A stretch of DNA of 64,000 nucleotides from an uncultured Acidobacteriota bacterium (lineage in GTDB: Bacteria > Acidobacteriota > Vicinamibacteria > Vicinamibacterales > 2-12-FULL-66-21): positions 7,715 to 71,714 of the forward strand of contig CAWHNN010000001.1 in assembly GCA_963830815.1 (NCBI GenBank), in the 5' to 3' direction. A model generated the notes under the pieces. That model was not told where the DNA came from. It searched no databases and was given only the letters and a program-made list of their open reading frames with translations. Within the stretch, counting starts at the first letter, position 1. Each line of letters begins with the position of its first letter. Both the position numbers and the translations under genes were made by a program. Of this stretch, positions 10,435 to 23,562 are shown piece by piece.

Positions 10435-12874
10435 TTGCCGCTCCTACCCCGAATCACGACCTATCTGGGGATCTTCTTCGTCGCGCTGGCGACGCTGATG
10501 TACGAGATCCTCCTGACTCGCATCTTCAGCGTCACGATGCTGTATCACTTCGCATTCGTGGCGCTGTCGGTGGCCATGTTCGGCCTGACAGCCGGCGCGC
10601 TCCTCGTCTATCTCGCACCCCATCTGTTCCCGCCGGAAAAACTGCGCCGTCGACTCGCCATGGTCGCTGTCGCTCTGCCCATCGCGATCGTTGCAAGCTT
10701 CCTGATTGAGATACGAATACCGTTTCGCGTGAGCACGTCGTCAGCTGACGTATTCGCGATGGCACTGACCTATCTCGTCGTAGCGGTGCCGTTCGTTGTC
10801 AGCGGTGTCGCGATCTGCCTGATCCTGACTCGCTATCCGTCGAGCATAGGTCGCTTGTACGCGGCGGATCTCGCGGGGGCGGCGCTGGGATGCGTTCTCC
10901 TCATCGGCGTGTTGAGCTGGTCGGACGGGCCAACGGCAGTTCTCTGGGTGGCGTGGCTCGCGAGCATAGGCGGCGTGGCTCTGGCCGTCGAAGCACAGTC
11001 AGCGACCATCCGGCGTGTCGCCGTCGCGGCAACAGTCCTGCTGTGCCTCGCGGCGGCGGGGCATACCATCCTGGTCCGGCGTGGCGGCGGCGTCATACGG
11101 CTCGTGTATTCGAAAGGGATGGCGGAAACGCGCCCTCTCTATGAAAAGTGGAATTCCTATTCCCGCGTCCGGGTGACTGGCGATCCAGAACGGGAGGGGC
11201 CCGCGCAGGGATGGGGATTGAGCTCCACCGTGCCGCCGACGCGCCTGCGCCAGCTGCAACTGGACATCGATTCCTGGGCGGGCACCGTGATGACGCATTT
11301 CGACGGTGATTTCAGCACCGTTGCGCACCTCAAGTACGACGTGACCAACGTCGGCTACTACCTGCGCTCCGGTCAGAGCGCGTTGGTGATTGGTGCGGGT
11401 GGTGGGCGTGACGTACTTTCCGCGCTGTCGTTTGGCGCCGCGTCCGTCACAGCCGTCGACATCAACAAGGACATCATCGGCACGGTCACCGGCCGGTTCG
11501 GATCGTTTACGGGCTTCTCGAAGCCGGATCCCGCGCGTGCGATTCGTCAACGACGAGGCGCGAAGCTTCGTCGCGCGCTCCACTGATCGCTACGGGACGA
11601 TCCAGATTTCGATGATCGACACGTGGGCGGCGACTGCCGCCGGCGCGTTCGTCCTCGGAGAGAATTCGCTCTACACCGTGGAAGCATGGACCGCCTTCCT
11701 CCGCCACTTGTCGGACGATGGGCTGCTCTCGGTGTCGCGGTGGTATTTTCGCGATCGCCCGGCGGAGATGTATCAGAACGACGACGATCGCCGTCGAGGC
11801 GCTCAAGGCGATTGGCGTCACGGAACCGCGGCGGCACATCGCGATCGTGCGCAACATGACTCCCGCGCATTCGTGGCCGCCGGACACGCCTGACGGCGTT
11901 GGAACAATTCTCGTGAGCCGCCGGCCGTTCACCGATCACGAGCTCGACATACTCGACAGAGAGACCCAGCGGCTCCGCTTCGATGTCCCCTTCAGCCCGC
12001 GAGTGGTGCGAGACGATACGTACGCCCGTCTCACGGACCTGGCTGGGCGGCAGGCGTATCTCGACAGCTATCCGGTGAACATCTCGCCCTCGACAGACGA
12101 CAGCCCGTTCTTCTTCAACATGCTCCGGCTCAGGGACATCGGCCGCAGCTCGCTACTGGATTTCGGCAACCTCAGTCACAACATGAAGGCGGTCGCGACT
12201 CTGGGCTGGCTGTTCGTGACCGTGGCGGCCCTCACCGTTGTCTGTATCGTCCTCCCGCTGTGGCTGACACGCGACCGGGTCACGCTGACGGGCACGGGCC
12301 CGTTGCTGCGTCTTCTTCATCGCCATCGGCCTGGGCTTCATGTTGATTGAAACCTCGCAGATGCAGCGACTGATCATCGCCCTTGGCCATCCGACGTATG
12401 GGCTTTCGGTCGTATTGTTTTCGCTGTTGCTCTCGAGCGGCGTCGGCAGCTATCTGACTTCTGGCGCTCTGGCGTCCGAAGAATCGTCGGCCGACGAGGA
12501 TGATCGCGCTCGTCATCGTGCTCGCCGTATTCGGGATCATCACTCCGACCGTTGCCAGCTGGAGCCAGCCGCTGACGACGCCGCTCAGGATCCTTGCGGC
12601 TGTCCTCCTGCTGTGTCCTGCAGGCTTGATGATGGGAATGGCGTTCCCTTTAGGGATGCGGATGGCGTCGGCACGAGCTGCGGACTTGACGCCCTGGCTG
12701 TGGGGACTGAATGGAGCCGCCTCCGTGCTGGCGTCGGTCCTCGGCGTCTGTATCGCGCTGACGTGGTCGATTTCGACAGCGTTCTGGGTGGGATGGCTTT
12801 GCTACGTTGTCGCGCTTGGTGCGTTCGTCGCGGCTGCGCGCGTCAGTCGTCGAGGAGTCAGTTTCGCGAGTTGA
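10435..12874 (+). CDS. Membrane protein with spermidine-synthase-like SAM-dependent domain (frameshifted)
   Basis: YEILLTRIFSV, LYAADLAGAALG, LVIGAGGGRD, ENSLYTVEA, STDDSPFFF, WGLNGAASV across four frames. Confidence 0.8.
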
Positions 12875-12908
12875 GTTAGCGCCGACGACCGGCTGTCGGA
12901 TCTGTGCG

Positions 12909-15148
<2,240 letters not shown>

Positions 15149-15187
15149 GATCTGTTCTTGGGTTTCGAGTTCCGGTCCCGGTCCTGG

Positions 15188-15399
15188 TTAACCTCCGCCG
15201 ACGAAATTCACGATCTCGATTTCTCGCCCTCTCCGACCACGACCGATTCGTACTTGTCGCGTTTGACGATGGAGAGGTTGTGTTCGACGGCGACCAGCCG
15301 GGAGTCGATCGTCAGGTTGGCGAGCAGGCCGCTAATCGTGACCGGGCCTGCGATCTCGAGCGCCTCACCGTTGACGCGAATAGTCACAGGATACCTCAT
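15188..15399 (-). CDS. thiS: Sulfur carrier protein
   Basis: IRVNGE, VAVEHN; C-terminal EIVNFVGGG in a shifted frame. Confidence 0.9.
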
Positions 15400-15423
15400 T
15401 AATAATCAGGGAATATCGCGGGA

Positions 15424-16813
15424 TCATCGGGGATTCACGGGCAGAATCGTGCGCGTATCGACTGGCACGGCGATTCCCACGTCCCCGAGGACACTCACCA
15501 GTGTCGCCGCTGCGTTGTCGATGAGATGTGCCGGAAGCGCGATGTCCGGGATTGGCTGCCGCATGGCGTCGCGGATGAGTTCTTCGTAGTCGCTGGCCAT
15601 CACCTCGAGCGAGTGCGCGCTTTGCCAGTATTCCTGCGCGGCGCGCCCAAGCGCCGAACGGAGCAGCGCGTCGCTGCCGAGACGGCGCATCGCCAGCCGC
15701 AGCGAGTGGTCCTCGTCGAGGATATCGACGGCGACGGCGCAGGGCGCAGAACTGATGGTCGCTCCGGCCGGCGTCCCGCCGCAGCCCGGATATTCGGCTG
15801 CCACGTGCGCGGATCGAGCGTCGGGACATCGGACATGTGCGCCAGGTCGATGATGACGGTCGGCTTGCCGGCGGCCAGGCAGCGTAGCCATGGGCCGGAG
15901 ATCTCGCGAGCGCTGGGCCACCGCAGGTTCAGCGCGACATCGCAGGCGGCAATGCAATCGGTGAACTGCTCGTCGTCTGCCAAGTATCCGGTCACGGTGA
16001 CGGCGCTGTTCAGTCCCAGCCGTTCAATGTCACCGGCGAGATCGTAGTGCTCCGGCACGCCGCCGGCGAGGAGAAGGTGCGCCGCGGGAATGTACACCCG
16101 CGTCGCGGCCAGCGCCGCCAGAATTTGCGGGAGGCGCTTGTCAGGCGACAGCCCGCCATAACACCCGAAGACGATGGCGTCGTGCGGAATCTGATATCTG
16201 GCGCGGGCACGGTTCGAGGCTGCCGCGGATTCTTCGTTCGAGAGTCGAAATCCGTGACCAAGGCGGATGGCACGCACCCGTGCCGCCGGTACATCCGACG
16301 CCAACTCTTGCTGCCAGCGGCGCACTGTGGACGGCAACGAGGCGCGAGCGCTCGGCGACGAGGCGCGTCATCGGCCAGTTGTAATAAAGACGACTATCGA
16401 ACCCCGCAATCGCGAGCTCTGCCAGATCCGGTGTCGTCTCAGGGTGATTCGCAATGAACTCCTGACGGTAGTCATCCGCGCGATCGTTGCGCAAGAGGGC
16501 CGCCGCCCGTGCGTGATGCAAATGCGCGTCGTGGAGAACGGTCAGGCCGGGATACCTGAAGAGATAGGGCCACAGATAGTCGTGATGTGACGAATTTCCG
16601 ACCTGGAAGACCGTCAGGTCGTAGGGCTGCTGCCGATGGCGCCACACGAAGTCGTGCGCCGACCGGACGCCAGCGGCGATCCGTACCACAGGCTCGTCCA
16701 CGAAGACGTCGATCTCGATGGTTGCGGCCGAGCTGTGGAAGGAGGTCAGCGCTGCAGGTGGCGACGCCGGTCGCAACCGGTGGCATGGGGCTGAACCACG
16801 CGAGGCGAGCCAT
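15424..16813 (-). CDS. GT4 glycosyltransferase (frameshifted)
   Basis: MARLAWFSPMPPVATGVA, QVGNSSHH, VLHDAHLHH, DVALNLRWPSAREISG. Confidence 0.8.
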
Positions 16814-17090
16814 GTCGCCATTTTAGCAGCCCGTGGTGCAACGCCAGCTGCATTCGGCCAGCGATGCATCCCCGCCGGCGGCGTTGCTCCTCCTTCAAAT
16901 ACAGCCGGTATTCTCAGTCGTCGCGCCTGGCCGGCGGGGCGCCTCGCCGCCCTCGGTGCCACGCTGGCGTTCCACCACGGGCTGCTAGCGTGCCGCGTAT
17001 GTGACGGGTAAGCGACGTGCGAGTGGCTCCTACATGCTTGTGATAGCATTCGGTGCTCAGATGGTCGCCGGCGGACGCCGAGTGACCGGG

Positions 17091-17119
17091 GCCGCGTCGG
17101 GTGCGACGCGCCTTTTTTT
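17091..17119 (+). terminator. Intrinsic-terminator-like hairpin in nuoA leader
   Basis: CGCGTCG-GGTG-CGACGCG stem-loop followed by CC and T7. Confidence 0.6.
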
Positions 17120-17128
17120 GCGACGGGC

Positions 17129-17146
17129 TTGAGAAAACATTCACAA
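17129..17146. promoter_or_regulatory. Rex-like operator
   Basis: TTGAGAA-AACA-TTCACAA, one mismatch to TTGTGAA-N4-TTCACAA, just upstream of nuoA. Confidence 0.6.
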
Positions 17147-17173
17147 GCCCATCCTTCTCCGCGGGAACCAGAC

Positions 17174-17538
17174 ATGCACGGCTGGGTGCCTATCCTTATT
17201 ATGATCGGCCTCGGGGCCGGGTTCGGGGCGTTCAACATCATCGCCTCGCACCTCGTTGGCCCGAGGAAGCCCACACCAGAGAAACTCGCCCCCTACGAGT
17301 GCGGCATGCCGCCGGTCGGTGACGCGCGCGAGCGCCATCCGGTCAAGTTCTACCTGGTGGCGATGATTTTCCTGCTGTTCGATATCGAAGTGGCGTTTCT
17401 CTACCCCTTCGCCCTGGCGCTGAAGTCGCTCGGCTGGGTCGGGTTCATTCAGATTCTGGTGTTCTTCGGACTCCTCCTACTGGTTACATCTACGTGTGGC
17501 GCAAGGGCGTCCTCGACTGGGGCCACGAACGCGTTTAG
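17174..17538 (+). CDS. nuoA: NADH-quinone oxidoreductase subunit A (frameshift near 17480)
   Basis: PYECG, FYLVAMIFLLFDIE; WRKGVLDW in shifted frame. Confidence 0.93.
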
Positions 17539-17550
17539 CGATCACGACTT

Positions 17551-18015
17551 ATGAGCGATAACGATCTCCCGATTCTGACCACTACCGTCGAAAAAGTCGT
17601 GCAGTGGGCGCGGCGGTCTTCGGTGTGGCCCGTGACGTTCGGCCTGGCGTGCTGCGCTATCGAGATGATGGCGATGAGCGCGGGGCGCTACGACATCGCG
17701 CGCTTCGGCGCGGAGGTCTTCCGCGGCTCGCCGCGGCAGTCCGATCTGATGATCGTTGCCGGACGCCTGTCGCGAAAGATGGCGCCTGTGCTGCGCCGCA
17801 TCTACGATCAGATGCCCGAACCGAAGTACGTCATCTCGATGGGCGCCTGCGCGTCGGTCGGCGGCGTGTTCGACAACTACGCGATCGTCCAGGGTGTCGA
17901 CCAGGTCGTGCCGGTGGACGTCTTCGTTCCTGGCTGCCCGCCGCGCCCCGAGGCGCTCATCTACGGCATCGTGCAGCTCCAGCGCAAGATCGACAACTCG
18001 AGGTCCTTCGTTTAG
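17551..18015 (+). CDS. nuoB: NADH-quinone oxidoreductase subunit B
   Basis: [25 protein letters not shown]. Confidence 0.96.
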   Translation: MSDNDLPILTTTVEKVVQWARRSSVWPVTFGLACCAIEMMAMSAGRYDIARFGAEVFRGSPRQSDLMIVAGRLSRKMAPVLRRIYDQMPEPKYVISMGACASVGGVFDNYAIVQGVDQVVPVDVFVPGCPPRPEALIYGIVQLQRKIDNSRSFV

Positions 18016-18047
18016 GCGCCTCGCGGCGGCGATCGATCCAGAACCAT

Positions 18048-18626
18048 ATGCAAGCGACGGCCATCACCGAGGTACTGTCACGCGCGCTGCCCGATGCCGG
18101 GCCCTACGAGGTCGTAGAGGCGAAGGACGGCATGCCGACCTTCTACGCGCCGCTCGCCACGCTCGTCGAGACATGCCGCGTGCTTCGCGACGCCCCGGAA
18201 CTCCGCTTCGTATTCCTGGCGGATGTGACCGCGGTGGACTATCATCCGCGCGTCCCGCGCTTCGAGATCCTTTACATCCTGGCCTGCCCGGGGATACCCG
18301 GTTTCGGCGATTCGCCGAAGCGGTTGCGCCTGAAGGTCAAGGTGGAGGAAGGAACGCACGCGCCGTCGGTGTCGAGCATCTGGCAGTCGGCCAACTGGGG
18401 TGAGCGCGAGGTGTACGACTTCTTCGGTCTGCACTTCGACAATCATCCCGACATGCGCCGCATCCTGATGCCCGACGACTGGGAAGGGTTTCCGATGCGG
18501 AAAGACTACCCGGTGCAGATCAACCAGCGCGTGAAGACCTACGAACCCCTCCAGGTGTCGGAGGACGAGTTCGTGGCCAATATGGAGGCGGCGCGGCGCG
18601 CGGCGCGAGATCCGCGACAGAGCTGA
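18048..18626 (+). CDS. nuoC: NADH-quinone oxidoreductase subunit C
   Basis: ANWGEREVYDFFG, HPDMRRILMP, PMRKDYP. Confidence 0.94.
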   Translation: MQATAITEVLSRALPDAGPYEVVEAKDGMPTFYAPLATLVETCRVLRDAPELRFVFLADVTAVDYHPRVPRFEILYILACPGIPGFGDSPKRLRLKVKVEEGTHAPSVSSIWQSANWGEREVYDFFGLHFDNHPDMRRILMPDDWEGFPMRKDYPVQINQRVKTYEPLQVSEDEFVANMEAARRAARDPRQS

Positions 18627-19207
18627 TGCCGGTGACGGAAAGCGCCGCCGCGGGCATCGTCCTGCGCACGCTGGACGCGGCGATTGCCACGCACCAGCGC
18701 GTACGTGGCCTGGATTTGACGGCGGTGACGGCGGCAGCGGCGGCAATGGCCGCGGCGTTGGGGTCGGGGCGAAAAGTTCTCGCGTTCGGCAACGGTGGCA
18801 GCGCCGGGGACGCGCAGCACCTGGTCACCGAGCTCGTCGGCCGGTTCCAGCGGGAACGAGCAGGGTTTGCCGCCGTGGCGCTGACCGCAGACACGAGCCT
18901 GCTGACGAGCGTTGCCAACGATTACGGGTTCGAGCAGGTGTTTGCGCGGCAGGTCACGGCGCTAGGGGTTGCGGGGGACGTTGCCGTGGCGATTTCGACG
19001 AGCGGCACATCGCCCAACGTGCTGGCGGGTTTGCGTGCCGCCAACGCTCGCGGGCTGCAGACTGTAGCGCTCACGGGCCGCGACGGCGGCGAGGCCGGAC
19101 GCCTCGCGGGGATTCATATCAACGTGCCGGACGAATGCACGGCGCGGGTACAAGAAGTCCATATCACGTTGATCCACGCGATCTGCGAGATTGTGGAGAT
19201 GGTGTGA
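18626..19207 (+). CDS. gmhA: Phosphoheptose isomerase (SIS domain)
   Basis: GNGGSAGDAQH, ELVGRF, NDYGFEQVFARQ, STSGTS, RVQEVHITLIHAIC. Confidence 0.9.
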   Translation: MPVTESAAAGIVLRTLDAAIATHQRVRGLDLTAVTAAAAAMAAALGSGRKVLAFGNGGSAGDAQHLVTELVGRFQRERAGFAAVALTADTSLLTSVANDYGFEQVFARQVTALGVAGDVAVAISTSGTSPNVLAGLRAANARGLQTVALTGRDGGEAGRLAGIHINVPDECTARVQEVHITLIHAICEIVEMV

Positions 19208-19210
19208 CGA

Positions 19211-20395
19211 GTGGCAACTGAACTTCGCACCGAGACGATGACCGTCAACATGGGACCTCAGCATCCCAGCACGCACGGCGTGCTGCGGCTGGTGCTGGAG
19301 CTCTCGGGTGAGACAGTCGTTTCGGCTGATACGACCGTCGGGTACCTGCATACCGGCATCGAGAAGACCGCCGAGCAGAAGAAGTGGCAGCAGATCATCC
19401 CGCTCGTCGAGCGCATGGATTATCTCGGGGCGCAATCGAACAGCCTGGCGTTCTGCCTGTCGGTTGAACGGCTGCTCGACGTGAAGATGCCCGAGCGCGT
19501 GCAGGACATCCGCGTGCTCATCGCCGAACTGCAGCGCCTGGCAAGCCATCTCGTGTGGCTGGCGACGCACGCCCTCGAAATCGGCGCCGTCTCGGTGATG
19601 ATGTATTGCTTCCGCGAGCGCGAGCAACTGCTGAACATCAACGAGATGCTCGCCGGCTTCCGCATGTTCCCGAGCTACTTCCGCATCGGCGGCCTGCGCG
19701 AGGACCTGCCGAACGGCTTTCACCATGCCGTCAAGAAGTGGCTCGACGCGTTCCCCGCTCACCTCAGCGAGTACGAGGACCTGCTCACCAAGAACCAGAT
19801 CTGGATCAAGCGCACCAAGGACGTCGGCGTGATGACCCAGCAGGATGCGATGACCTACGGGCTCCTCGGCCCGATGGCGCGCGCGACCGGCATCGCGTAC
19901 GACGTGCGCAAGGCCTTTCCGTACCTGAACTACGATACCTACGATTTCGCCGTGCCGACACAGACCGCCGGTGACGTCTACGCCCGCTATCTCGTGCGCA
20001 TCGCCGAGATGCGCGAGAGCACGAAGATCGCGCAGCAGGCTCTGGCACGCATCACCCCACGCGGCGTCTACGACATCCAGGACTACAAGATCGTGCCGCC
20101 GCCCAAGGACAAGGTCTACAGCGAGATGGAAGGGCTGATTCAGCACTTCCTGATCTACTCGCAGGGCTTCAACGTTCCGGCGGGCGAGTCGTACGTTCCG
20201 GTCGAAGGGCCGCGCGGCGAGCACGGATTCAGCATCGTGTCGGACGGCACGAACCGGCCCTATCGCATCAAGCTGCGGGCGCCGTCGTTCTACGCGTGCC
20301 AGGGGCTGCCGAAGCTGCTCATCGGCGGCATGATTGCAGACGTCATCGCCGTCATCGGCTCCACCGACGTCGTCATGGGAGACGTGGATCGATGA
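19211..20395 (+). CDS. nuoD: NADH-quinone oxidoreductase subunit D
   Basis: NMGPQHPSTHGVLRL, GYLHTGIEK, GDVDR. Confidence 0.96.
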   Translation: MATELRTETMTVNMGPQHPSTHGVLRLVLELSGETVVSADTTVGYLHTGIEKTAEQKKWQQIIPLVERMDYLGAQSNSLAFCLSVERLLDVKMPERVQDIRVLIAELQRLASHLVWLATHALEIGAVSVMMYCFREREQLLNINEMLAGFRMFPSYFRIGGLREDLPNGFHHAVKKWLDAFPAHLSEYEDLLTKNQIWIKRTKDVGVMTQQDAMTYGLLGPMARATGIAYDVRKAFPYLNYDTYDFAVPTQTAGDVYARYLVRIAEMRESTKIAQQALARITPRGVYDIQDYKIVPPPKDKVYSEMEGLIQHFLIYSQGFNVPAGESYVPVEGPRGEHGFSIVSDGTNRPYRIKLRAPSFYACQGLPKLLIGGMIADVIAVIGSTDVVMGDVDR

Positions 20396-20997
20396 GCTTC
20401 CATCCGTTGATGGTGTACGACAAGAGCTTCCAGAAGTCGGAGCGCAAGATCTCCGACGAGGGGCCGGCGTTCACCTTCACGCCCGAGCGCCGCGCCGCGC
20501 TCGACGAAATGTTGACGAAGTATCCGCCGGATCGGAAGCGGTCGGCGGTGCTGGGCGCGCTCTACCTCGTCCAGGAGCAACAGGGATACCTGACGGCGAA
20601 CGGCATGCGCCACGTTGCCGGCATCCTCGACATGACGCCGGCCGAAGTCGAAGACGTCGCGACCTACTACGTGATGTTCTTCCGCGAGCCCGTCGGCAAG
20701 TACGTGCTGCAGGTGTGCCGCACGCTGTCGTGCGCGCTCATGGGCGCCGAGCGTGTCACGGAGGCGCTCTCCGAGAAGCTCGGCATCAAAGTAGGCGAGA
20801 CCGACGCCTCGGGGATGTTCACGCTGATGGAGTTCGAGTGTCTGGGCGCCTGCGACCGCGCGCCAATCGTGATGGTCAACAACGAGCACTGGCACGAGAA
20901 GCTGAAGCCCGAGGATGCGGCCGCTCTCGTCGATGGGATCAAGGCGAAGGGTGACGGCGCCTTTACCGGCTGTCATCTGCACGTCGAGCAGAGTTAG
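20392..20997 (+). CDS. nuoE: NADH-quinone oxidoreductase subunit E
   Basis: VCRTLSCALMG, ECLGACDRAP 2Fe-2S ligands. Confidence 0.94.
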   Translation: MSFHPLMVYDKSFQKSERKISDEGPAFTFTPERRAALDEMLTKYPPDRKRSAVLGALYLVQEQQGYLTANGMRHVAGILDMTPAEVEDVATYYVMFFREPVGKYVLQVCRTLSCALMGAERVTEALSEKLGIKVGETDASGMFTLMEFECLGACDRAPIVMVNNEHWHEKLKPEDAAALVDGIKAKGDGAFTGCHLHVEQS

Positions 20998-21064
20998 CAT
21001 TGCCGGCTGCCCGCCGAAGGCGGGCGGCAAGGCCAAGGGCCGTCGCGCGGAGCGCGTAAAGAGC

Positions 21065-21088
21065 GAGCGGGGGTGGGGCCCCGCGAGC
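21065..21088 (+). repeat. 24-nt G-rich intergenic repeat, copy 1
   Basis: GAGCGGGGGTGGGGCCCCGCGAGC, identical at 23534 and 62590. Confidence 0.9.
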
Positions 21089-21096
21089 ACAAAAAA

Positions 21097-22395
21097 ATGG
21101 AACCGATTCTTACCACCTACGTCCGCGAGCCGAACAGCCATACGCTCGAGTTTTCGCTGAAGCATCAGGCGTACGAAGGGCTGCGCAAGGCGCTGGCGAT
21201 GCAGCCGGGCGAGGTGATCGACCTCGTCAAGGCCTCCGGCCTGCGCGGCCGCGGCGGCGCGGGATTTCCCACCGGCCTCAAGTGGCAGTTCGTCCTCAAG
21301 GACACGCCGCTGCCGAAGTACATCTGCTGCAACGCTGACGAGAGCGAGCCCGGGACGTTCAAGGATCACGTCCTCATGGAGCGCAACCCGCACTCGCTCT
21401 TCGAGGGCTGCCTCATCGGCTGCTGGGCGATCGGCGCCAAGGTCGCGTACATCTACATCCGCGGCGAGTTCTACCACGTGCAGCGCGTGCTCGAAGCCGA
21501 ACTCGCGAAGGCCTACGCCCAGGGCTACGTCGGCAAGAACATCATGGGCACGGGCTTCGACTGCGACATCGTCATTCACCGCGGCGCCGGCGCCTACGAG
21601 GCGGGTGAAGAGACGGCGCTCATCGAGTCGCTGGAAGGGAAGCGCGCGCAGCCACGGATCAAGCCGCCGTTTCCGGCCGCATCGGGCCTCTATAACTGCC
21701 CGACGGCGGTCAACAACGTCGAGACGCTGTGCAACCTGCCGCCGATCCTCATCAACGGCGCCGACTGGTTCATCTCGCTCGGCCCCGAGAAGAACGGCGG
21801 CCCGAAACTTTTCTGCGTCAGCGGTCACGTCAAGAAGCCCGGCGTCTACGAAGCGGACATGAAGACGACGCTGCGCGAGCTGATTTACAACTATGCCGGC
21901 GGGCCGTTCGACGGCCGCAAGATCAAGGCGGTCATTCCCGGCGGCTCATCGGTGCCGATCCTGCTCGACGATCAGCTGGATATCCCGGCGAGCTTCGACG
22001 ATGTCGCGAAGGCTGGATCCATGCTCGGCTCGGCGGGCATCATCGTGATGGACGACACGACCTGCATGGTGTGGGCGGCGAAGAACCTTCTCTACTTCTA
22101 CAAGCACGAATCCTGCGGCAAGTGCACGCCGTGCCGCGAAGGTGGCGACTGGCTCTACAAGATCCTGACGCGCATCGAAAACGGCGAAGGCGAGATGAAG
22201 GACATCGACCTGCTCGTCAGCATCGGCAACAACATCGCCGGCAAGACGCTGTGCGCCTTCGGTGACGCGGCGGCGACGCCAGCGCTCACGACCGTCAAGC
22301 ACTTCCGCGCCGAGTTCGAAGCGCACGTGCGCGAAGGCCACTGCACCGTTCCCGCGGCGTGGCGCGCGGCGAAGACACCGGTAGGAGCGCACTGA
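21097..22395 (+). CDS. nuoF: NADH-quinone oxidoreductase subunit F
   Basis: GLRGRGGAGFPTG, NADESEPGTFKD, ESCGKCTPCREG. Confidence 0.96.
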   Translation: MEPILTTYVREPNSHTLEFSLKHQAYEGLRKALAMQPGEVIDLVKASGLRGRGGAGFPTGLKWQFVLKDTPLPKYICCNADESEPGTFKDHVLMERNPHSLFEGCLIGCWAIGAKVAYIYIRGEFYHVQRVLEAELAKAYAQGYVGKNIMGTGFDCDIVIHRGAGAYEAGEETALIESLEGKRAQPRIKPPFPAASGLYNCPTAVNNVETLCNLPPILINGADWFISLGPEKNGGPKLFCVSGHVKKPGVYEADMKTTLRELIYNYAGGPFDGRKIKAVIPGGSSVPILLDDQLDIPASFDDVAKAGSMLGSAGIIVMDDTTCMVWAAKNLLYFYKHESCGKCTPCREGGDWLYKILTRIENGEGEMKDIDLLVSIGNNIAGKTLCAFGDAAATPALTTVKHFRAEFEAHVREGHCTVPAAWRAAKTPVGAH

Positions 22396-23468
22396 TGATG
22401 GACTGGCTGCCTCCAGTACCGCTCATTGCGCACTTCGGGCTCATCTTCATCATCTTCAACCTGCTCGTCCTTTCGGCCGCGTTCATGGTCTGGATGGAGC
22501 GGAAGGTGTGCGCCTACATCCAGGACCGCGTCGGACCGAACCGTGTCGGCGCGGCCGGCTGGTTGCAGCCATTTGCCGACGTCATCAAACTCCTGACGAA
22601 GGAGGAGCTGCGGCCAAAGGCCGCTGACGCGCTCCTTTTCTCGATTGCGCCAATCATCTCGGCGGGCGCCGCGTTTGCGGCCTTCTCCGTCGTCCCGTTC
22701 GGCACGTCGACGACCCTCTTTGGCCTGCTCGAGGAGCCCCTGCCGCTGCAGGTGACGGACGTCAACGTCGCCGTCCTCGTGATCTTCGCGATCGCATCGA
22801 TGGGCGTTTACGGCATCGTCCTCGCCGGCTGGAGCTCGAACAGCAAGTACTCGCTCCTTGGCGCGCTGCGCTCGGCGGCGCAGATGATCAGCTACGAGCT
22901 GTCGTACGGCCTGGCGCTGGCGGCGGTCATCATGCTGGCCGGGTCGCTGTCGCTGCGCGAGACAGTGCTGGCGCAGTCGGGCTACTGGTGGGGCTTCATC
23001 CCGAAGTGGTACATCTTCCTGCAGCCCCTCGGGTTCTTCATCTATATGTGCGCCGGCGTCGCCGAGACCAACCGCGCGCCGTTCGACTTCCCGGAGGCGG
23101 AGCAGGAGCTGGTTGCCGGTTACCACACCGAGTACAGCTCGATGAGCTTCGCCATGTTCTTCCTCGCCGAGTACGTGAACATGGTCACGGTGTCGGCCGT
23201 CGCGACGAGCCTGTATCTCGGCGGCTGGCTGGGCCCGTTCCTGCCGGAGTGGATGGGGTGGATCTGGTTCCTGGCCAAGGTCCTGTTCCTTCTCTTCTTC
23301 TATGTCTGGATGCGTTGGACGCTGCCGCGCTATCGCTATGACCAGTTGATGGAGTTCGGGTGGAAGTGGCTGCTGCCGGCCGCCGTCCTGAATTTCCTTG
23401 CCACCGCGGCGCTCATCCTGTGGATTGGAGGACGGATTCGAGAACTGTGCCGCATTGTCGATGCTAAC
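22395..23468 (+). CDS. nuoH: NADH-quinone oxidoreductase subunit H (3' end uncertain)
   Basis: ERKVCAYIQDRVGP, AETNRAPFDFPEAEQELVAG, PRYRYDQLM; no in-frame stop at the expected place. Confidence 0.93.
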
Positions 23469-23533
23469 GCCCCCGCTGCCGGTATCGGCAGCGCCCGCGG
23501 CCCGCTGCTGAGCGCGAATGCGCGAAGCAGCGA

Positions 23534-23557
23534 GAGCGGGGGTGGGGCCCCGCGAGC
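23534..23557 (+). repeat. 24-nt G-rich intergenic repeat, copy 2
   Basis: Identical to 21065-21088. Confidence 0.9.
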
Positions 23558-23562
23558 TAAAC

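Noticed and set aside
15400-15423. TPP riboswitch before thiS
   Set aside because: Spacer is only about 24 nt with no THI-box motif.
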